IMG/VR virus record: IMGVR_UViG_3300043399_000877
Location: 310,001 to 374,000 of that record
DNA length: 64,000 nt
Strand: one strand, 5' to 3'
A program made the translations under genes and the position numbers. The notes under the pieces were generated by a model. That model worked only from the letters and a program-made list of their open reading frames with translations, did not search any database and was not told the DNA's origin. The first letter of the stretch is position 1; each line of letters opens with the position of its first letter. This document shows, piece after piece, positions 30,751 to 40,747 of the stretch.

Positions 30751-31134
30751 CTAGTCATTATTTGAAGAAGATGCTATTAATAAATCACCACTTCTTTCTA
30801 ACCACATTAATTCACATTCGTATTCTACAGATATATTTAATGTTTCTGTAAAATTTGTTTCTGCTATTGATATTAATATACTGGTACCTTGATCATCTAC
30901 CTTTGTTACCGGGACCGGTTTGTTTTCTGCCAACATAATTACCGATCCCACAGTACAATAATTGCTTTTTTTGATTTCTAGAATAGATTCAGTTAGTCGA
31001 TCGTGGAAGAACATTTCTGTATGGTTTATTGGATCTATATTTAAAAATTTCAAATATGTTACTCCAAACGAGATCAGTATCGCAAACGACATGCAAGAAA
31101 TTAATAACGGTACTGCATTAAATGTCCTGGTCAT
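30751..31134 (-). CDS. Membrane-anchored hypothetical protein
   Basis: N-terminal TM helix, two Cys in soluble domain. Confidence 0.55.
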   Translation of the reverse strand: MTRTFNAVPLLISCMSFAILISFGVTYLKFLNIDPINHTEMFFHDRLTESILEIKKSNYCTVGSVIMLAENKPVPVTKVDDQGTSILISIAETNFTETLNISVEYECELMWLERSGDLLIASSSNND

Positions 31135-31444
31135 CTATTACTTCTTGTCTCATAATTGATCTTATTTCTTCGATTTCTTTAATTGCAGTATTTATTCCGT
31201 TGTGTGCATTTCGAAGATAATCAGTAAGTTTAATTATGGAGTACAAAATCCACAGCCACCAGGCAAACATAGATGCTCCCAATATGGATGAACCTATCCA
31301 AAAAACCAATCCAAAATCTATTGTGTCAGTAACCAACAGGATTACCCCGATCAGCAAAAATGCTGGCGGGGTAATTGTCGCGTAGGCTATCCACTTACGC
31401 ACTTGTTCTGGGATTTTTTGAATTTTATTTTCTAGTTCTTCCAT
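31118..31444 (-). CDS. Two-TM membrane protein (holin-like?)
   Basis: Two hydrophobic helices plus coiled-coil tail. Confidence 0.55.
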   Translation of the reverse strand: MEELENKIQKIPEQVRKWIAYATITPPAFLLIGVILLVTDTIDFGLVFWIGSSILGASMFAWWLWILYSIIKLTDYLRNAHNGINTAIKEIEEIRSIMRQEVIDDQDI

Positions 31445-31473
31445 ATCAATATTTAATACGGAATCACTGATTT

Positions 31474-32655
31474 TTAATGTACTGCTTTAAGTATAACCGT
31501 TTCTTCGTTAAGTCTTCCGTTGAGCTTTGTGTCAGTAGTTTTGATTTCATCCATAAACTTGCGCAGTTTTATCTTACCGGCTGCTTTAAACTCTTTCAGT
31601 GTTTCATCCGGCTTGCGCAGTGTTTTTTGGACACTCAGTTCTTCATCAAATCCCACTAGGGCTGAACCTTTAACAGTCATGATCCTGCAATCTTCAGCTG
31701 CAACATATTTTCCGAGTTTACGTGTCTTAACGTTAAAGACCCACACTTCGGTGCTGTCCAGCAGTTCAAGAGGATTTACACTGACGATATTATATTTGGT
31801 ATCGCTAGCACAATACTTGACTTTTGCCACCAGCTTTTCCTTGCTGACAGGCTTTTTAACCCTGGGCTTCCTTACTGCTTTGCTCATGCCTATCACGAGC
31901 TCGCAGGCGCTGACAACGCTCTCTAGGGCCTCTAGCCATGCTTGGCTAGTCTTTTTAGTCCTGTGTGCGTAGCCCTCGCGCAGTTGCTCTGCCATGTCAC
32001 GCTCTCGTGGATCTTTGATTTTAGCAACTGCTGCGGCTGTGGGCATGTTCAACACAAGACGCGCCTCTTCAAGTTCTCCCTGATAGAACTTGAGTATTTG
32101 TCTCGCGTGTGCCTGTGTTATTTCATTTTTCTTAAAATGATCATTAACATTAAAACCTTTAGGATCAAAAGACCCAGGATCCCTAATAAAACCATCTAAC
32201 CACTCATCTATGTCATCAGCCACTTCTTTAGCTTTTTCAAGAACTCTGTCCTGAATAGTCATAATCGGACTAGCAATTTTTGTTTTTTGCTCGTCCTTTT
32301 TCTGTTCTAGAACCTTAGCGCCTTCTTCGAACAACTGCTTGCAGTAGCGTTCTAATGCTGCTTTGGACTTTTCATCTATTTCTAAACCTTGAGTAAGCCA
32401 AAACGCAAAAGTTGCCCAATGACTTGCATATGTAAACTTCCATTCCGGCAACACCATAGCTGCTGCATACTCGGATTTAGAATAGAATTTCTTTATGTAA
32501 TCTTTGAATACCTTACTGTACTCTCGATTTTCAATTTCGTAATGAACGTAGTGCTTTGCTTTGTCCAAACTGTCGGTTGGCATTGCTGCAAAACCGGTTA
32601 ACCTGCGTGTTGCTCGGACCGGCTTCTTTTTTCTTGTTGTTGTTTTTGCTACCAT
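31474..32655 (-). CDS. Conserved large-phage hypothetical protein
   Basis: 393-aa ORF; VWVFNVKTRKLG...QKTLRKP...NGRLNE. Confidence 0.75.
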   Translation of the reverse strand: MVAKTTTRKKKPVRATRRLTGFAAMPTDSLDKAKHYVHYEIENREYSKVFKDYIKKFYSKSEYAAAMVLPEWKFTYASHWATFAFWLTQGLEIDEKSKAALERYCKQLFEEGAKVLEQKKDEQKTKIASPIMTIQDRVLEKAKEVADDIDEWLDGFIRDPGSFDPKGFNVNDHFKKNEITQAHARQILKFYQGELEEARLVLNMPTAAAVAKIKDPRERDMAEQLREGYAHRTKKTSQAWLEALESVVSACELVIGMSKAVRKPRVKKPVSKEKLVAKVKYCASDTKYNIVSVNPLELLDSTEVWVFNVKTRKLGKYVAAEDCRIMTVKGSALVGFDEELSVQKTLRKPDETLKEFKAAGKIKLRKFMDEIKTTDTKLNGRLNEETVILKAVH

Positions 32656-32883
32656 TTATTTGTTACCATACTTTATGTTGTAGAATGTAACATGCTTTTC
32701 AGGCAAGTCAAATTCAAATACGATGTCGTATTCGTATGTATGTTGAACAGGGTGTATATCGTAATTTATGAATGAACCGTGTTTGGCTAGATACTGAATT
32801 GGGTCTTGATAAAAAAGCTCTTGTGATAATTCAGAAACCAACCTGCTGTCTTGTGGGACGCGATAAGACTTACGTATTAGCAT
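32656..32883 (-). CDS. Small hypothetical protein
   Basis: C-terminal PEKHVTFYNIKYG resembles the paralog family. Confidence 0.55.
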   Translation of the reverse strand: MLIRKSYRVPQDSRLVSELSQELFYQDPIQYLAKHGSFINYDIHPVQHTYEYDIVFEFDLPEKHVTFYNIKYGNK

Positions 32884-33154
32884 TATCTGGAATCAATTCA
32901 AGTAATTGGCGGTATCGTTCATAGGCCGCCTGTGCTGCCGGACATCTTTCTCGTCGTATACGTTCCCGATCGGCTTCAGAAAAATCTTTGATTAGTCTTG
33001 TGAAACTGGACTGGAGCATGGTTATCGTTACTTCATGTTCCACCTGAAAATCATCACTATGTGTTTTGGTTACATAAAACTCGTGATTCGTGTCTACTTC
33101 AATATCCAATACTTGATATCTACTTATAAAAGCATATTGATAATCTTTACTCAT
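32870..33154 (-). CDS. Hypothetical protein
   Basis: PAAQAAYERYRQLL motif. Confidence 0.6.
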   Translation of the reverse strand: MSKDYQYAFISRYQVLDIEVDTNHEFYVTKTHSDDFQVEHEVTITMLQSSFTRLIKDFSEADRERIRRERCPAAQAAYERYRQLLELIPDNANT

Positions 33155-33425
33155 CTTCCCTCGCGGCGCGTAACTCGTCCAATAACATTAACTTGTCGTA
33201 TGCATCTTGGACGGATTCAAATTTCTTTTGTAAATCTCTTATATTACTTGCCAGATAGGAAAACTGACCTTTGCTTAAATTGCGCAATGCAGCAAGTGTT
33301 TCGAATAGTTTTTCTAAATCACTTTCGTCACCGATGTTGGGAGTTGTATCATTAAAGATTTTATACAACTCGCGCCGGCTCATTTCACAAATAAACCCAT
33401 CTTTGGTTGATGCTATTACTTTCAT
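33147..33425 (-). CDS. Hypothetical protein
   Basis: ORF in operon. Confidence 0.55.
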   Translation of the reverse strand: MKVIASTKDGFICEMSRRELYKIFNDTTPNIGDESDLEKLFETLAALRNLSKGQFSYLASNIRDLQKKFESVQDAYDKLMLLDELRAAREDE

Positions 33426-33766
33426 TAGTCCCACCCTCCCCAATTCCAGCCAATTTTATTGAAATAATGTTTAAATTCTTCTCTAGTTCCGGCCATAATG
33501 TGTTCATATGTAAAATCGGCATCATCTTCAACGACAAGAAACATTAATTCTGATGTAAACAATGATTCAGTACATTCGAACAATCTGTATGACTGAGTTC
33601 CGTCTTTTTTAATTGCCCGACGTTTCCAATTACTAGCTTTTGTATGACCTTTTTCTAAGACCTTAAGTCTCTTTTCACCAACAAATTCCCAGTTTCCTTT
33701 GGGGAGACTGCCGTAATTGTCAATGGTCCATTTTATTAAAGACTCGACGCTTGTTTTAGAACTCAC
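33425..33766 (-). CDS. Hypothetical protein
   Basis: ORF in operon. Confidence 0.55.
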   Translation of the reverse strand: MSSKTSVESLIKWTIDNYGSLPKGNWEFVGEKRLKVLEKGHTKASNWKRRAIKKDGTQSYRLFECTESLFTSELMFLVVEDDADFTYEHIMAGTREEFKHYFNKIGWNWGGWD

Positions 33767-33960
33767 AGTTTTTCATCCAGTGCTTGTTTGACTGACTTCC
33801 AAAATTGCTGTTTGGCAAACTCATTTGTTGTTACTAAGTTAAGTTGTTCTTCCCATTGATCCTGTTCGTCTAAATAAAACTTGATCTTATCTGTTACAAT
33901 TTCTTTTTTGTCGTTATATTTTACTGATAAAAAATATACGTATGGTCTAAATTCTGTCAT
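33763..33960 (-). CDS. Hypothetical protein
   Basis: ORF coupled to ligase. Confidence 0.55.
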   Translation of the reverse strand: MTEFRPYVYFLSVKYNDKKEIVTDKIKFYLDEQDQWEEQLNLVTTNEFAKQQFWKSVKQALDEKL

Positions 33961-35282
33961 AGTTTTTCTCCAGGTGTAAATCCACGGAATGTTTTAAAAC
34001 GTGGAAAACGCAAACTATACGTTCCATCCTGATTTTGCGTTACTGCATCAGCCCTAACTTCCACAAGAGATCCAGCAAGACGATTACGGTCACGCCAAAA
34101 AGAATCACGCTCATCGTCTGTGAATCCGCTACCAACATTAACCCTAATATCTTTCCCGTCATCTTCCCCAGCGCATACCAGAGCCCCGAGTCTTCCCGCA
34201 TTTTTTCCAGTTCCTTCTTCAACTGCTATGATTTCCAGTGTTACTTCAATAAACGGCTTCGCTTTGAGCCAGCTTGCAGTTCGTTTGCACTCATACGGCG
34301 CATCAACGTCTTTAATCATAACGCCTTCGTATCCACCCGCTACAGCCGCCTTATTGAGTTCCACAAAGCGTTGATAGCCTTCGGGAGTGTCTAGGTCAAC
34401 AGTTTCCCAGCCTAGCGACGCCACGTGTTCCAGCCGATCTGCATGATCTTCAACCCATGCACTGATCATTTCACTACGAAAGCTTTGAGGCTTGTTCCAC
34501 TTTTTGTTTTTGAAAGATCCAAGTGGGATCACATCAAACAGATTAAGCACGGCATCTTTTGCGTCGGCATTTTTCTTTCGACGTGCTTGCCGCATGAGAT
34601 CCTGAAAGCTTGCACTCATGATCTCGCCGTCAAGTACCAGGGGATAGGGAGCAGGAGATTCTTGTAGCACACTGCGAATTTCTTCAATGATGTGATCAAA
34701 ATTGTGAAATTGTTTGCCGTTGCGGCTAAACATTTCGATGCTTTTGCCGTGTGTATCATTAATTACAGTAAGCACACGAACACCATCTAGCTTTACTTCG
34801 ATTTGCTTCTTACCGGTCATCTTGCCTTCATGGTTCGCACTGTCATGTGCAAGCTGGCATTCAAAAACCGGAACTTGATATTCTGGATGCTTTTTAGTGA
34901 CCTTGTTGACAGTCTTTTCGCTCACGCCGCAGCGCAAATCTTTGATAAGGATTCTACGGTACCAATCGTTCCATTGCTTTTGGGTAGCAACATCCATGGC
35001 CAGTTTGATAGCATCACGAGCGGCATTACCGGTAAGATTTCTATACTGAAGATCGTTTGCCAGCTCTCGAAACACGGTCCACGGAAGCCCCTGCCCCGCG
35101 TTTTCGTGTTTGATCGGAACTTGCTTCACACCAAAAGTAATCATCGGATCCAAAGCCATACGAATTCCTTCAAAGAATTCGGTTAGTCCCTCGTCAACCG
35201 CCTCTGCTAGAATAGCTTCTTTTTCCAGACGGCCGTTGTGTTCTTCCAGCCGACGAATAATCCAGTCAGGTTGTGTGCGCAT
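33957..35282 (-). CDS. ATP-dependent DNA ligase
   Basis: KLDGVR (motif I), LDGEI, EGVMIK, WLKAK, VGSGF, SLRFPRF. Confidence 0.95.
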   Translation of the reverse strand: MRTQPDWIIRRLEEHNGRLEKEAILAEAVDEGLTEFFEGIRMALDPMITFGVKQVPIKHENAGQGLPWTVFRELANDLQYRNLTGNAARDAIKLAMDVATQKQWNDWYRRILIKDLRCGVSEKTVNKVTKKHPEYQVPVFECQLAHDSANHEGKMTGKKQIEVKLDGVRVLTVINDTHGKSIEMFSRNGKQFHNFDHIIEEIRSVLQESPAPYPLVLDGEIMSASFQDLMRQARRKKNADAKDAVLNLFDVIPLGSFKNKKWNKPQSFRSEMISAWVEDHADRLEHVASLGWETVDLDTPEGYQRFVELNKAAVAGGYEGVMIKDVDAPYECKRTASWLKAKPFIEVTLEIIAVEEGTGKNAGRLGALVCAGEDDGKDIRVNVGSGFTDDERDSFWRDRNRLAGSLVEVRADAVTQNQDGTYSLRFPRFKTFRGFTPGEKL

Positions 35283-35303
35283 GTAGTTCTCCTTGTCAAG
35301 GAC

Positions 35304-35332
35304 ACATTAGCACGAGCTTGCCGCAACGTCAA
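35304..35332 (-). promoter_or_regulatory. Sigma70-type promoter
   Basis: TTGACG-17-TAATGT with TG/GCTA context. Confidence 0.6.
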
Positions 35333-35339
35333 CTGTTAA

Positions 35340-35978
35340 TTATTCAAGAGTTACGACTGTATACGGGGTTTCGCCATCGGGTAATACAGCGAGAGGATCA
35401 TCTGATTTGAATTTTAATAAATCGTCTGTGCTAGTAAAATTTAAAAAAGTTTTGTTTGAAGTATTTTCTAAAATTCTTCTGTAAAATTCTAGAGTGTACC
35501 CGTTGGCCAAAAACCACTCAACTAATGCCACATGTGAAATGCTGGACATCAAAAACAGATCATTAAGTGAGTCAGCTGTTGACACGACTGGGAAGTACGG
35601 AGTATGAAAAAGCAGGTTTCCGTTTACTTGTAACTGTTTGGATGCCATAACTGCAAAGGCACATGCACTTATACATTCGGTATTTTCTCTTATTAAAACC
35701 TCAACGTCAGAATTTTTTAAGTAAGTTCCTATAATGAGCGATGCATTCATTTCGCCACCGGGACTTATCATCACTAGTGTTTTTGGTTTTTGGATGCTCA
35801 ATACTTCTACTAGAGAAAATGCTGCACTTTCGCTGATTTCTCCGTAAAAAACCACAGCGTCTTCTTCTTTAAAAATACCGAAAGTATATGATATAACGAG
35901 AGGTTTTGTTTCTGCTTGGATTGATCCAGGCCATAGCAAGGTTAATATCAATGTTATAAAAAACAAAACACGTCTCAT
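35340..35978 (-). CDS. Exported ClpP/crotonase-fold protein
   Basis: Signal peptide; SPGG and CISACAF motifs. Confidence 0.65.
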   Translation of the reverse strand: MRRVLFFITLILTLLWPGSIQAETKPLVISYTFGIFKEEDAVVFYGEISESAAFSLVEVLSIQKPKTLVMISPGGEMNASLIIGTYLKNSDVEVLIRENTECISACAFAVMASKQLQVNGNLLFHTPYFPVVSTADSLNDLFLMSSISHVALVEWFLANGYTLEFYRRILENTSNKTFLNFTSTDDLLKFKSDDPLAVLPDGETPYTVVTLE

Positions 35979-36020
35979 ATATTATTTATTAAAAATGGTG
36001 CTGGTTTCCCAGCACCATTG

Positions 36021-36503
36021 TTAAGCATCGACGGTTCCACGACCGTGTGCAACACCGTCGGCACCGTAGCTTGCAGCAAAACCATCTGGTTTGAGTTTAG
36101 GCTCAATTCCAGTGACTCCCAACACATAACCGGCTGCTTGGCTTGCGACACAGTTACTTCCGTGTTTGGGATCAGTGTTGACGTCAATGTGTATTTCTAC
36201 ATCATACTCATCAATAAATGGTGCAAGTTGGGTGTAGAGTTCACACACCTTCATGACCTCGTTCATAAGACGCATACTTGGACGATTTTTCTTTAGATCG
36301 TAGTCAGGTTCAATTGACTTTGTGCTAAAGAGTCGGCATCCGCGATTACCGTTCATATGGACTATAGCCACTGTCGCGTATCTTGCATACCAGCGCCCGT
36401 CCTTACGGAATCTTACGCTGTCGCAACCCAGATAGATTTTTGTATTGGAGTTTAACACTGCCAATAAATCTACCATATCTTCTATCTGTTTTTGTGTGAA
36501 CAT
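36021..36503 (-). CDS. RNase H-like YkuK-family protein
   Basis: IYLGCDS, RLMNEV, EIHIDVN, KPDGFAASYGAD. Confidence 0.8.
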   Translation of the reverse strand: MFTQKQIEDMVDLLAVLNSNTKIYLGCDSVRFRKDGRWYARYATVAIVHMNGNRGCRLFSTKSIEPDYDLKKNRPSMRLMNEVMKVCELYTQLAPFIDEYDVEIHIDVNTDPKHGSNCVASQAAGYVLGVTGIEPKLKPDGFAASYGADGVAHGRGTVDA

Positions 36504-36528
36504 TTTTACTTCCTCGTTTATCTACTTT

Positions 36529-36813
36529 CTATTCATTCTTCTTCCACTTTACAATTCCATCCCCATCAACTGTCCAGTCGTAACCGAGACTTTTAAGGAA
36601 ACTTCTTGTTTGATACAAACTGCTTACCACAGATGTCAACGAACCCGCACAATGTCTCGGGTCATCATCCAACAACGGATAACGACCGGTCGATGCCAGG
36701 GACTCCGCCATCATTTGAACGTGCCGACTAGCCGGACAAGTATTATCCGGAAAATGGCGGCTATCGATCATATGTTTTATTTCTTTTTCAAGACTGTATG
36801 TTGAGTCACTCAT
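36529..36813 (-). CDS. Hypothetical protein
   Basis: ORF in operon. Confidence 0.55.
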   Translation of the reverse strand: MSDSTYSLEKEIKHMIDSRHFPDNTCPASRHVQMMAESLASTGRYPLLDDDPRHCAGSLTSVVSSLYQTRSFLKSLGYDWTVDGDGIVKWKKNE

Positions 36814-37078
36814 CTTCTTCGCCCGTAATGTTTGACCATTCAGTTGTCATGCTAAATGTTGCATATAGATTTTCTTTATCTTCAGGCAACCCGTAGACAT
36901 GAACTGATGGCCCGTTCAAGTCATCTGTAAGAATTACAGTATGTGTTATTAGACTACACGCTTCATCAAGATTGTCAACAATTTTGTTGAGCTCCAGGAT
37001 AGTCTGTGCTACTTCTTCATCGTTCGGGACGGTATTCCCGGTCCAACGGATGTTGAATTTCTTTAGTTTCATGGTCAT
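36806..37078 (-). CDS. Hypothetical protein
   Basis: ORF in operon. Confidence 0.5.
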   Translation of the reverse strand: MTMKLKKFNIRWTGNTVPNDEEVAQTILELNKIVDNLDEACSLITHTVILTDDLNGPSVHVYGLPEDKENLYATFSMTTEWSNITGEEDE

Positions 37079-37418
37079 TTTTGTACCCCACTGTTTCGCG
37101 TTTTATGTCGTGATGGCTAAATTCTGCCCAATACAATTCAAATGCCACGCCGCTTTCAAGACACTCAAATTGGTGATATACTCCGGGTTTTACTTTTGTA
37201 TATTCACCTGGTCCCAGGATAGTCTCGTCAATCAAATCATAGTCTTTTTGCCAAACTCTCACAATCATGCGACCGGACTCGACAAAAAATCCATTCCATT
37301 TATACTCGTGAAGATGCTTACTGCAAACTCCACCGGCATTCATTTCTATTCTGTGAAATTCTAAAACACCGTTTGCTTCGACAAGCTCAGTTGTGCCCCA
37401 TATTTTTCCTGCTTTCAT
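37017..37418 (-). CDS. Cupin-domain protein
   Basis: KIWG, CSKHLHEYKWNGFFVESG, PGVYHQF. Confidence 0.8.
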   Translation of the reverse strand: MKAGKIWGTTELVEANGVLEFHRIEMNAGGVCSKHLHEYKWNGFFVESGRMIVRVWQKDYDLIDETILGPGEYTKVKPGVYHQFECLESGVAFELYWAEFSHHDIKRETVGYKNDHETKEIQHPLDREYRPER

Positions 37419-38184
37419 AGTTAAACTCCTTTATATTACTTATTAGACTTTCGAACTTGTCTAAATAGATCATATTGGGGCCATCACTAGGAGCCATAGA
37501 AGGATCAGTATGGGTTTCAATAAAAAAATTACTAATACCAAGAGCGCTAGCAGCCCTAGCCAAGCCAGGGACGTAATCGCGATTTCCACCACTTGAGTCG
37601 CCGTTACCTCCGGGTCGTTGTACGCTGTGAGTAACATCGAAAACAATTGGAACATCATAACTATCGAGCATATACTGGAGACCAGTAAAATCAACAACAA
37701 GATTGTTATAACCAAAACTTGTACCCCTTTCAGTTATCCAAACTTCCGCGGTCCCGGTTTTTGAAAGTATACCTGCAACGTCCCAGGGTGCGAGGAATTG
37801 TCCTTTTTTAATGTTGACCGGTTTACCTGACTTGCAAGCAGCTACTATAAGATCGGTTTGCCGACATAAGAACGCAGGAATTTGTATAACGTCGACCTCG
37901 TCTGTGTATACATCCTTGATTAACATGACCTGTGCAACCGTATGTACGTCAGTCAGGATTTTTAAACCCGGAAGATATTCTTTTAATTTACGGAAGTCTG
38001 CCATAGTGGCTTCAAGACCCTGGCCACGCTTACCGGAAATACTGGTTCGGTTCGCTTTGTCAAAACTGGCTTTAAAATAGTATTCAAAGCCGTATGACTC
38101 GCATACGGCTTTGCAATGTGTCGCAATTTCTAATGATTGGTCAAAACTTTCGTGTTGACACGGACCTGCAATAATTCTCTTCAT
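37387..38184 (-). CDS. kdsA: KDO-8-phosphate synthase
   Basis: IAGPC, KASFDKANRTS, IPAFLCRQTDL, KKGQF, ERGTSFGY, APSDG. Confidence 0.95.
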   Translation of the reverse strand: MKRIIAGPCQHESFDQSLEIATHCKAVCESYGFEYYFKASFDKANRTSISGKRGQGLEATMADFRKLKEYLPGLKILTDVHTVAQVMLIKDVYTDEVDVIQIPAFLCRQTDLIVAACKSGKPVNIKKGQFLAPWDVAGILSKTGTAEVWITERGTSFGYNNLVVDFTGLQYMLDSYDVPIVFDVTHSVQRPGGNGDSSGGNRDYVPGLARAASALGISNFFIETHTDPSMAPSDGPNMIYLDKFESLISNIKEFNYESRKNMGHN

Positions 38185-38187
38185 CCA

Positions 38188-38508
38188 TTACTTAGTCCGG
38201 GAGGCAAACTCGGTAATGCTAGAATTGGATAAAGCCGTACAGTCGACAGCATCAAGTCCCAGTCCATGCGGGGTTCCTTTGATATAAACAAAGCACAGAC
38301 CGGTGGTAGTGTCTCGGAAAAACTCGATACCTGACAGATATTCTACTGTGGCTTTGCGTGATGCCTCAGCCTGTTCGGCAGCACGTTGGGCAATCTGTTC
38401 CGGAGTAGGCTGCTCAAAATTGTACAGTACATAACCCAGATATCCGAGCATGCTGGTTACGACGAGCAGCCCTACAAAAATAAGAAAGTTTTGAATTCTT
38501 TTGATCAC
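38188..38508 (-). CDS. Membrane-anchored hypothetical protein
   Basis: N-terminal TM; FFRDTTTGLCF. Confidence 0.6.
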   Translation of the reverse strand: MIKRIQNFLIFVGLLVVTSMLGYLGYVLYNFEQPTPEQIAQRAAEQAEASRKATVEYLSGIEFFRDTTTGLCFVYIKGTPHGLGLDAVDCTALSNSSITEFASRTK

Positions 38509-39209
38509 GTTTTTTCTCCGATTTTTTCAGATGATCTGTAAGTTCCGATTCTTGGGGCCACACTAAGGTTGATCCACGATTCCATGCCCATGCCATCATG
38601 CGCTTCTTCAATAACATACGCCAGTTTATTCAAACTGAGTCGCTTTTGTTGCTCGTTCCATATGTCTTGATGCTCAGCCTTGCCATCCCGCGCATTGCGG
38701 ATCCATTGTTGCATGTCGTAATCTTTGACCTTCTTTAATGGTACGCGACCCTGCATAATCGACTTTACCACATAACCGTAAAAGTCATTGAGAAAGTTAT
38801 AAACCTCAAGACGACGTTTGCGGATTTTTTCCCGGTCGGCATTGGCTTTTTCTTCTAGACTTTTGATTTTTGCAGCTTCAAGCTCTTCAAGAATATCTTT
38901 TAGCTGATCACCGAGGCTGGGTTGTTTGTTGATATCGAGAGTTTTGGGCTCATAATTTTCGCAAGATGGAATGCATTCTGCAAAAAGACCGCACGGGCAT
39001 CCACCACCATAATCATACTTTGCCACTCTACTAGCCTCCGGTTTGTTTAACTCTCTGAGTTGACGAACCAACTCGGGATTGGGTTGGCAAAGGCCCGGAC
39101 CGTGTCCGGACCCCACCATGTTAAGTCCCGGAGCACCACAGGTCAGACAATAGTATCCCCGATACAACCCGTCCGGTCTCTGATGCTCTGCGGGCATGTC
39201 ATTCACCAA
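38505..39209 (-). CDS. Hypothetical protein (Cys-rich N-terminus)
   Basis: ORF. Confidence 0.6.
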   Translation of the reverse strand: MVNDMPAEHQRPDGLYRGYYCLTCGAPGLNMVGSGHGPGLCQPNPELVRQLRELNKPEASRVAKYDYGGGCPCGLFAECIPSCENYEPKTLDINKQPSLGDQLKDILEELEAAKIKSLEEKANADREKIRKRRLEVYNFLNDFYGYVVKSIMQGRVPLKKVKDYDMQQWIRNARDGKAEHQDIWNEQQKRLSLNKLAYVIEEAHDGMGMESWINLSVAPRIGTYRSSEKIGEKT

Positions 39210-39897
39210 TACGCTTGGTCAGCAACTTAACCCCTTTGAACGCCACAGTAGCAGCTTCGCTACGGGTGTTCACCGAAGTGACGCGAGCGATTTCGCTCTT
39301 GCCAACCGGGCTGTTATCCAGGATAACATAATCGCCGACTTCGACGTCGCCCTCGACGCCCAGGTAGTGGTACTCGGTCCCGTTGTTAGGGAAACGGATA
39401 CCAAACGTGTAAGGCATAACAACGTCAACTTCGTTTTTGTCGAATGCCAGCACTTCACCAGTGCCCTTCATTTCCAGGACCAGCTTACCTTGGCTGTTAA
39501 CAGCCAGCATGGTACCGAAGCGAGGGGTGGCTTCTCGGGTTTGATACAGTTTGTTCTTCATGTCAGTGTTCCTTTCTTCGGTTTCAATAACAGTTTCGTC
39601 GTTGTTGGGTGTGCTGTAAAACACAAAGTCGCTTTCTGGCCGCCACTTGAGGCATCCAGCATATCCTGCTCGGGTTCGACTCACATAGTCTGCTTGCACA
39701 GCATGACCACGGGTCTTTACGATCTTCATCATAGCTCGGCCATGGCGCAGCCTAACCGAGTCACCTACCGAAAACTTTCCGGTAGATTCTTTTGGGGGCG
39801 ACTTCTTATCTCCTAGAAAGCGCACAGTGTCCCAGCACATCTCGCGGTCACTCGAACCATGCCGCCAAATGTCATTTAAATATTCATCTTGCCACAT
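39199..39897 (-). CDS. Hypothetical protein
   Basis: ORF with SD (GAGG); SH3-like segments. Confidence 0.6.
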   Translation of the reverse strand: MWQDEYLNDIWRHGSSDREMCWDTVRFLGDKKSPPKESTGKFSVGDSVRLRHGRAMMKIVKTRGHAVQADYVSRTRAGYAGCLKWRPESDFVFYSTPNNDETVIETEERNTDMKNKLYQTREATPRFGTMLAVNSQGKLVLEMKGTGEVLAFDKNEVDVVMPYTFGIRFPNNGTEYHYLGVEGDVEVGDYVILDNSPVGKSEIARVTSVNTRSEAATVAFKGVKLLTKRIGE

Positions 39898-39922
39898 GGC
39901 GTTACCTCGTGTTATTTGTTGT

Positions 39923-39951
39923 ATAGTAACAGTGTTGCACTAGCTTGTCAA
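39923..39951 (-). promoter_or_regulatory. Sigma70-type promoter
   Basis: TTGACA-17-TACTAT. Confidence 0.6.
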
Positions 39952-40709
39952 CGGGTTTTCCAAGGATCTTTGCCGTAAGAGAAGCTCTTTTTAAAAGGTG
40001 TAGTGGATTTCCTGCTCAGTGTAGCAATGGTTTGCGCACGGTCATGTACGTATTTTTCGGCTTCAAGAGTCTTGGCAATACCCGGCCAATCGTCCAAGAA
40101 GAAACTCACCCCGTAAGTGTAGATGTTGTTGCCACCACCGCCACCGGTACCGGTATGAATTCTAGTGCTCTTGAAGATATCGCTGCAAAAACTCGGAGTA
40201 TCGTGGGTAAGTTTGAAACTAATCCTTCCGCCAAACCCCGGATAGCCGCGCGGTGCCGGTGAACCGTCCGGCAGTTTATTATCTCCACCCCAGTTTGTAA
40301 CACCAGTGTGCGGGCAGCTATGGCTATTGCTGATACTTTCGCTAAAGTCCAGTGAAAGATATTGAATTTTTATTCCAAATTCGTCGCGGACTTTGGCCCA
40401 TTTTGTCTTTCCGCTATGCCAACAATTGCGATCTGCGAGAGTCCAAAAGACATCCGGATTTGCTTCAATCCACTCAATAACGCTCATAAAGTCTGGCTGA
40501 TCCCACAGTCCTTGCAGACGACGCGTGAACGCAAGGTCTCGAGCTCGCTTGTGCATGCGAGATGTTCTGAGTGATTTCAAATGGGCCACGTAGCTGCGTT
40601 TTGTCGCGTAGAGTTCTTTGGTCCAAGGACAAATGTAAGCCCGAGATTTTTTTGCCTCGTCAACCGGGATCATAATTCCGTTGCTTTTGTATACTTGAAT
40701 CGCTGGCAT
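39948..40709 (-). CDS. Hypothetical protein
   Basis: SNSHSCPHTGVTNW, IHTGTGGGG, FLDDWPG. Confidence 0.7.
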   Translation of the reverse strand: MPAIQVYKSNGIMIPVDEAKKSRAYICPWTKELYATKRSYVAHLKSLRTSRMHKRARDLAFTRRLQGLWDQPDFMSVIEWIEANPDVFWTLADRNCWHSGKTKWAKVRDEFGIKIQYLSLDFSESISNSHSCPHTGVTNWGGDNKLPDGSPAPRGYPGFGGRISFKLTHDTPSFCSDIFKSTRIHTGTGGGGGNNIYTYGVSFFLDDWPGIAKTLEAEKYVHDRAQTIATLSRKSTTPFKKSFSYGKDPWKTR

Positions 40710-40747
40710 GGCTTGGCCCCCGTTAAAATTACTCAGTATGTCTAGTG

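Noticed and set aside
4569-35282. Introns, inteins or homing endonucleases in clpA, thyA, clamp loader or ligase
   Set aside because: All have normal length and contiguous motifs.
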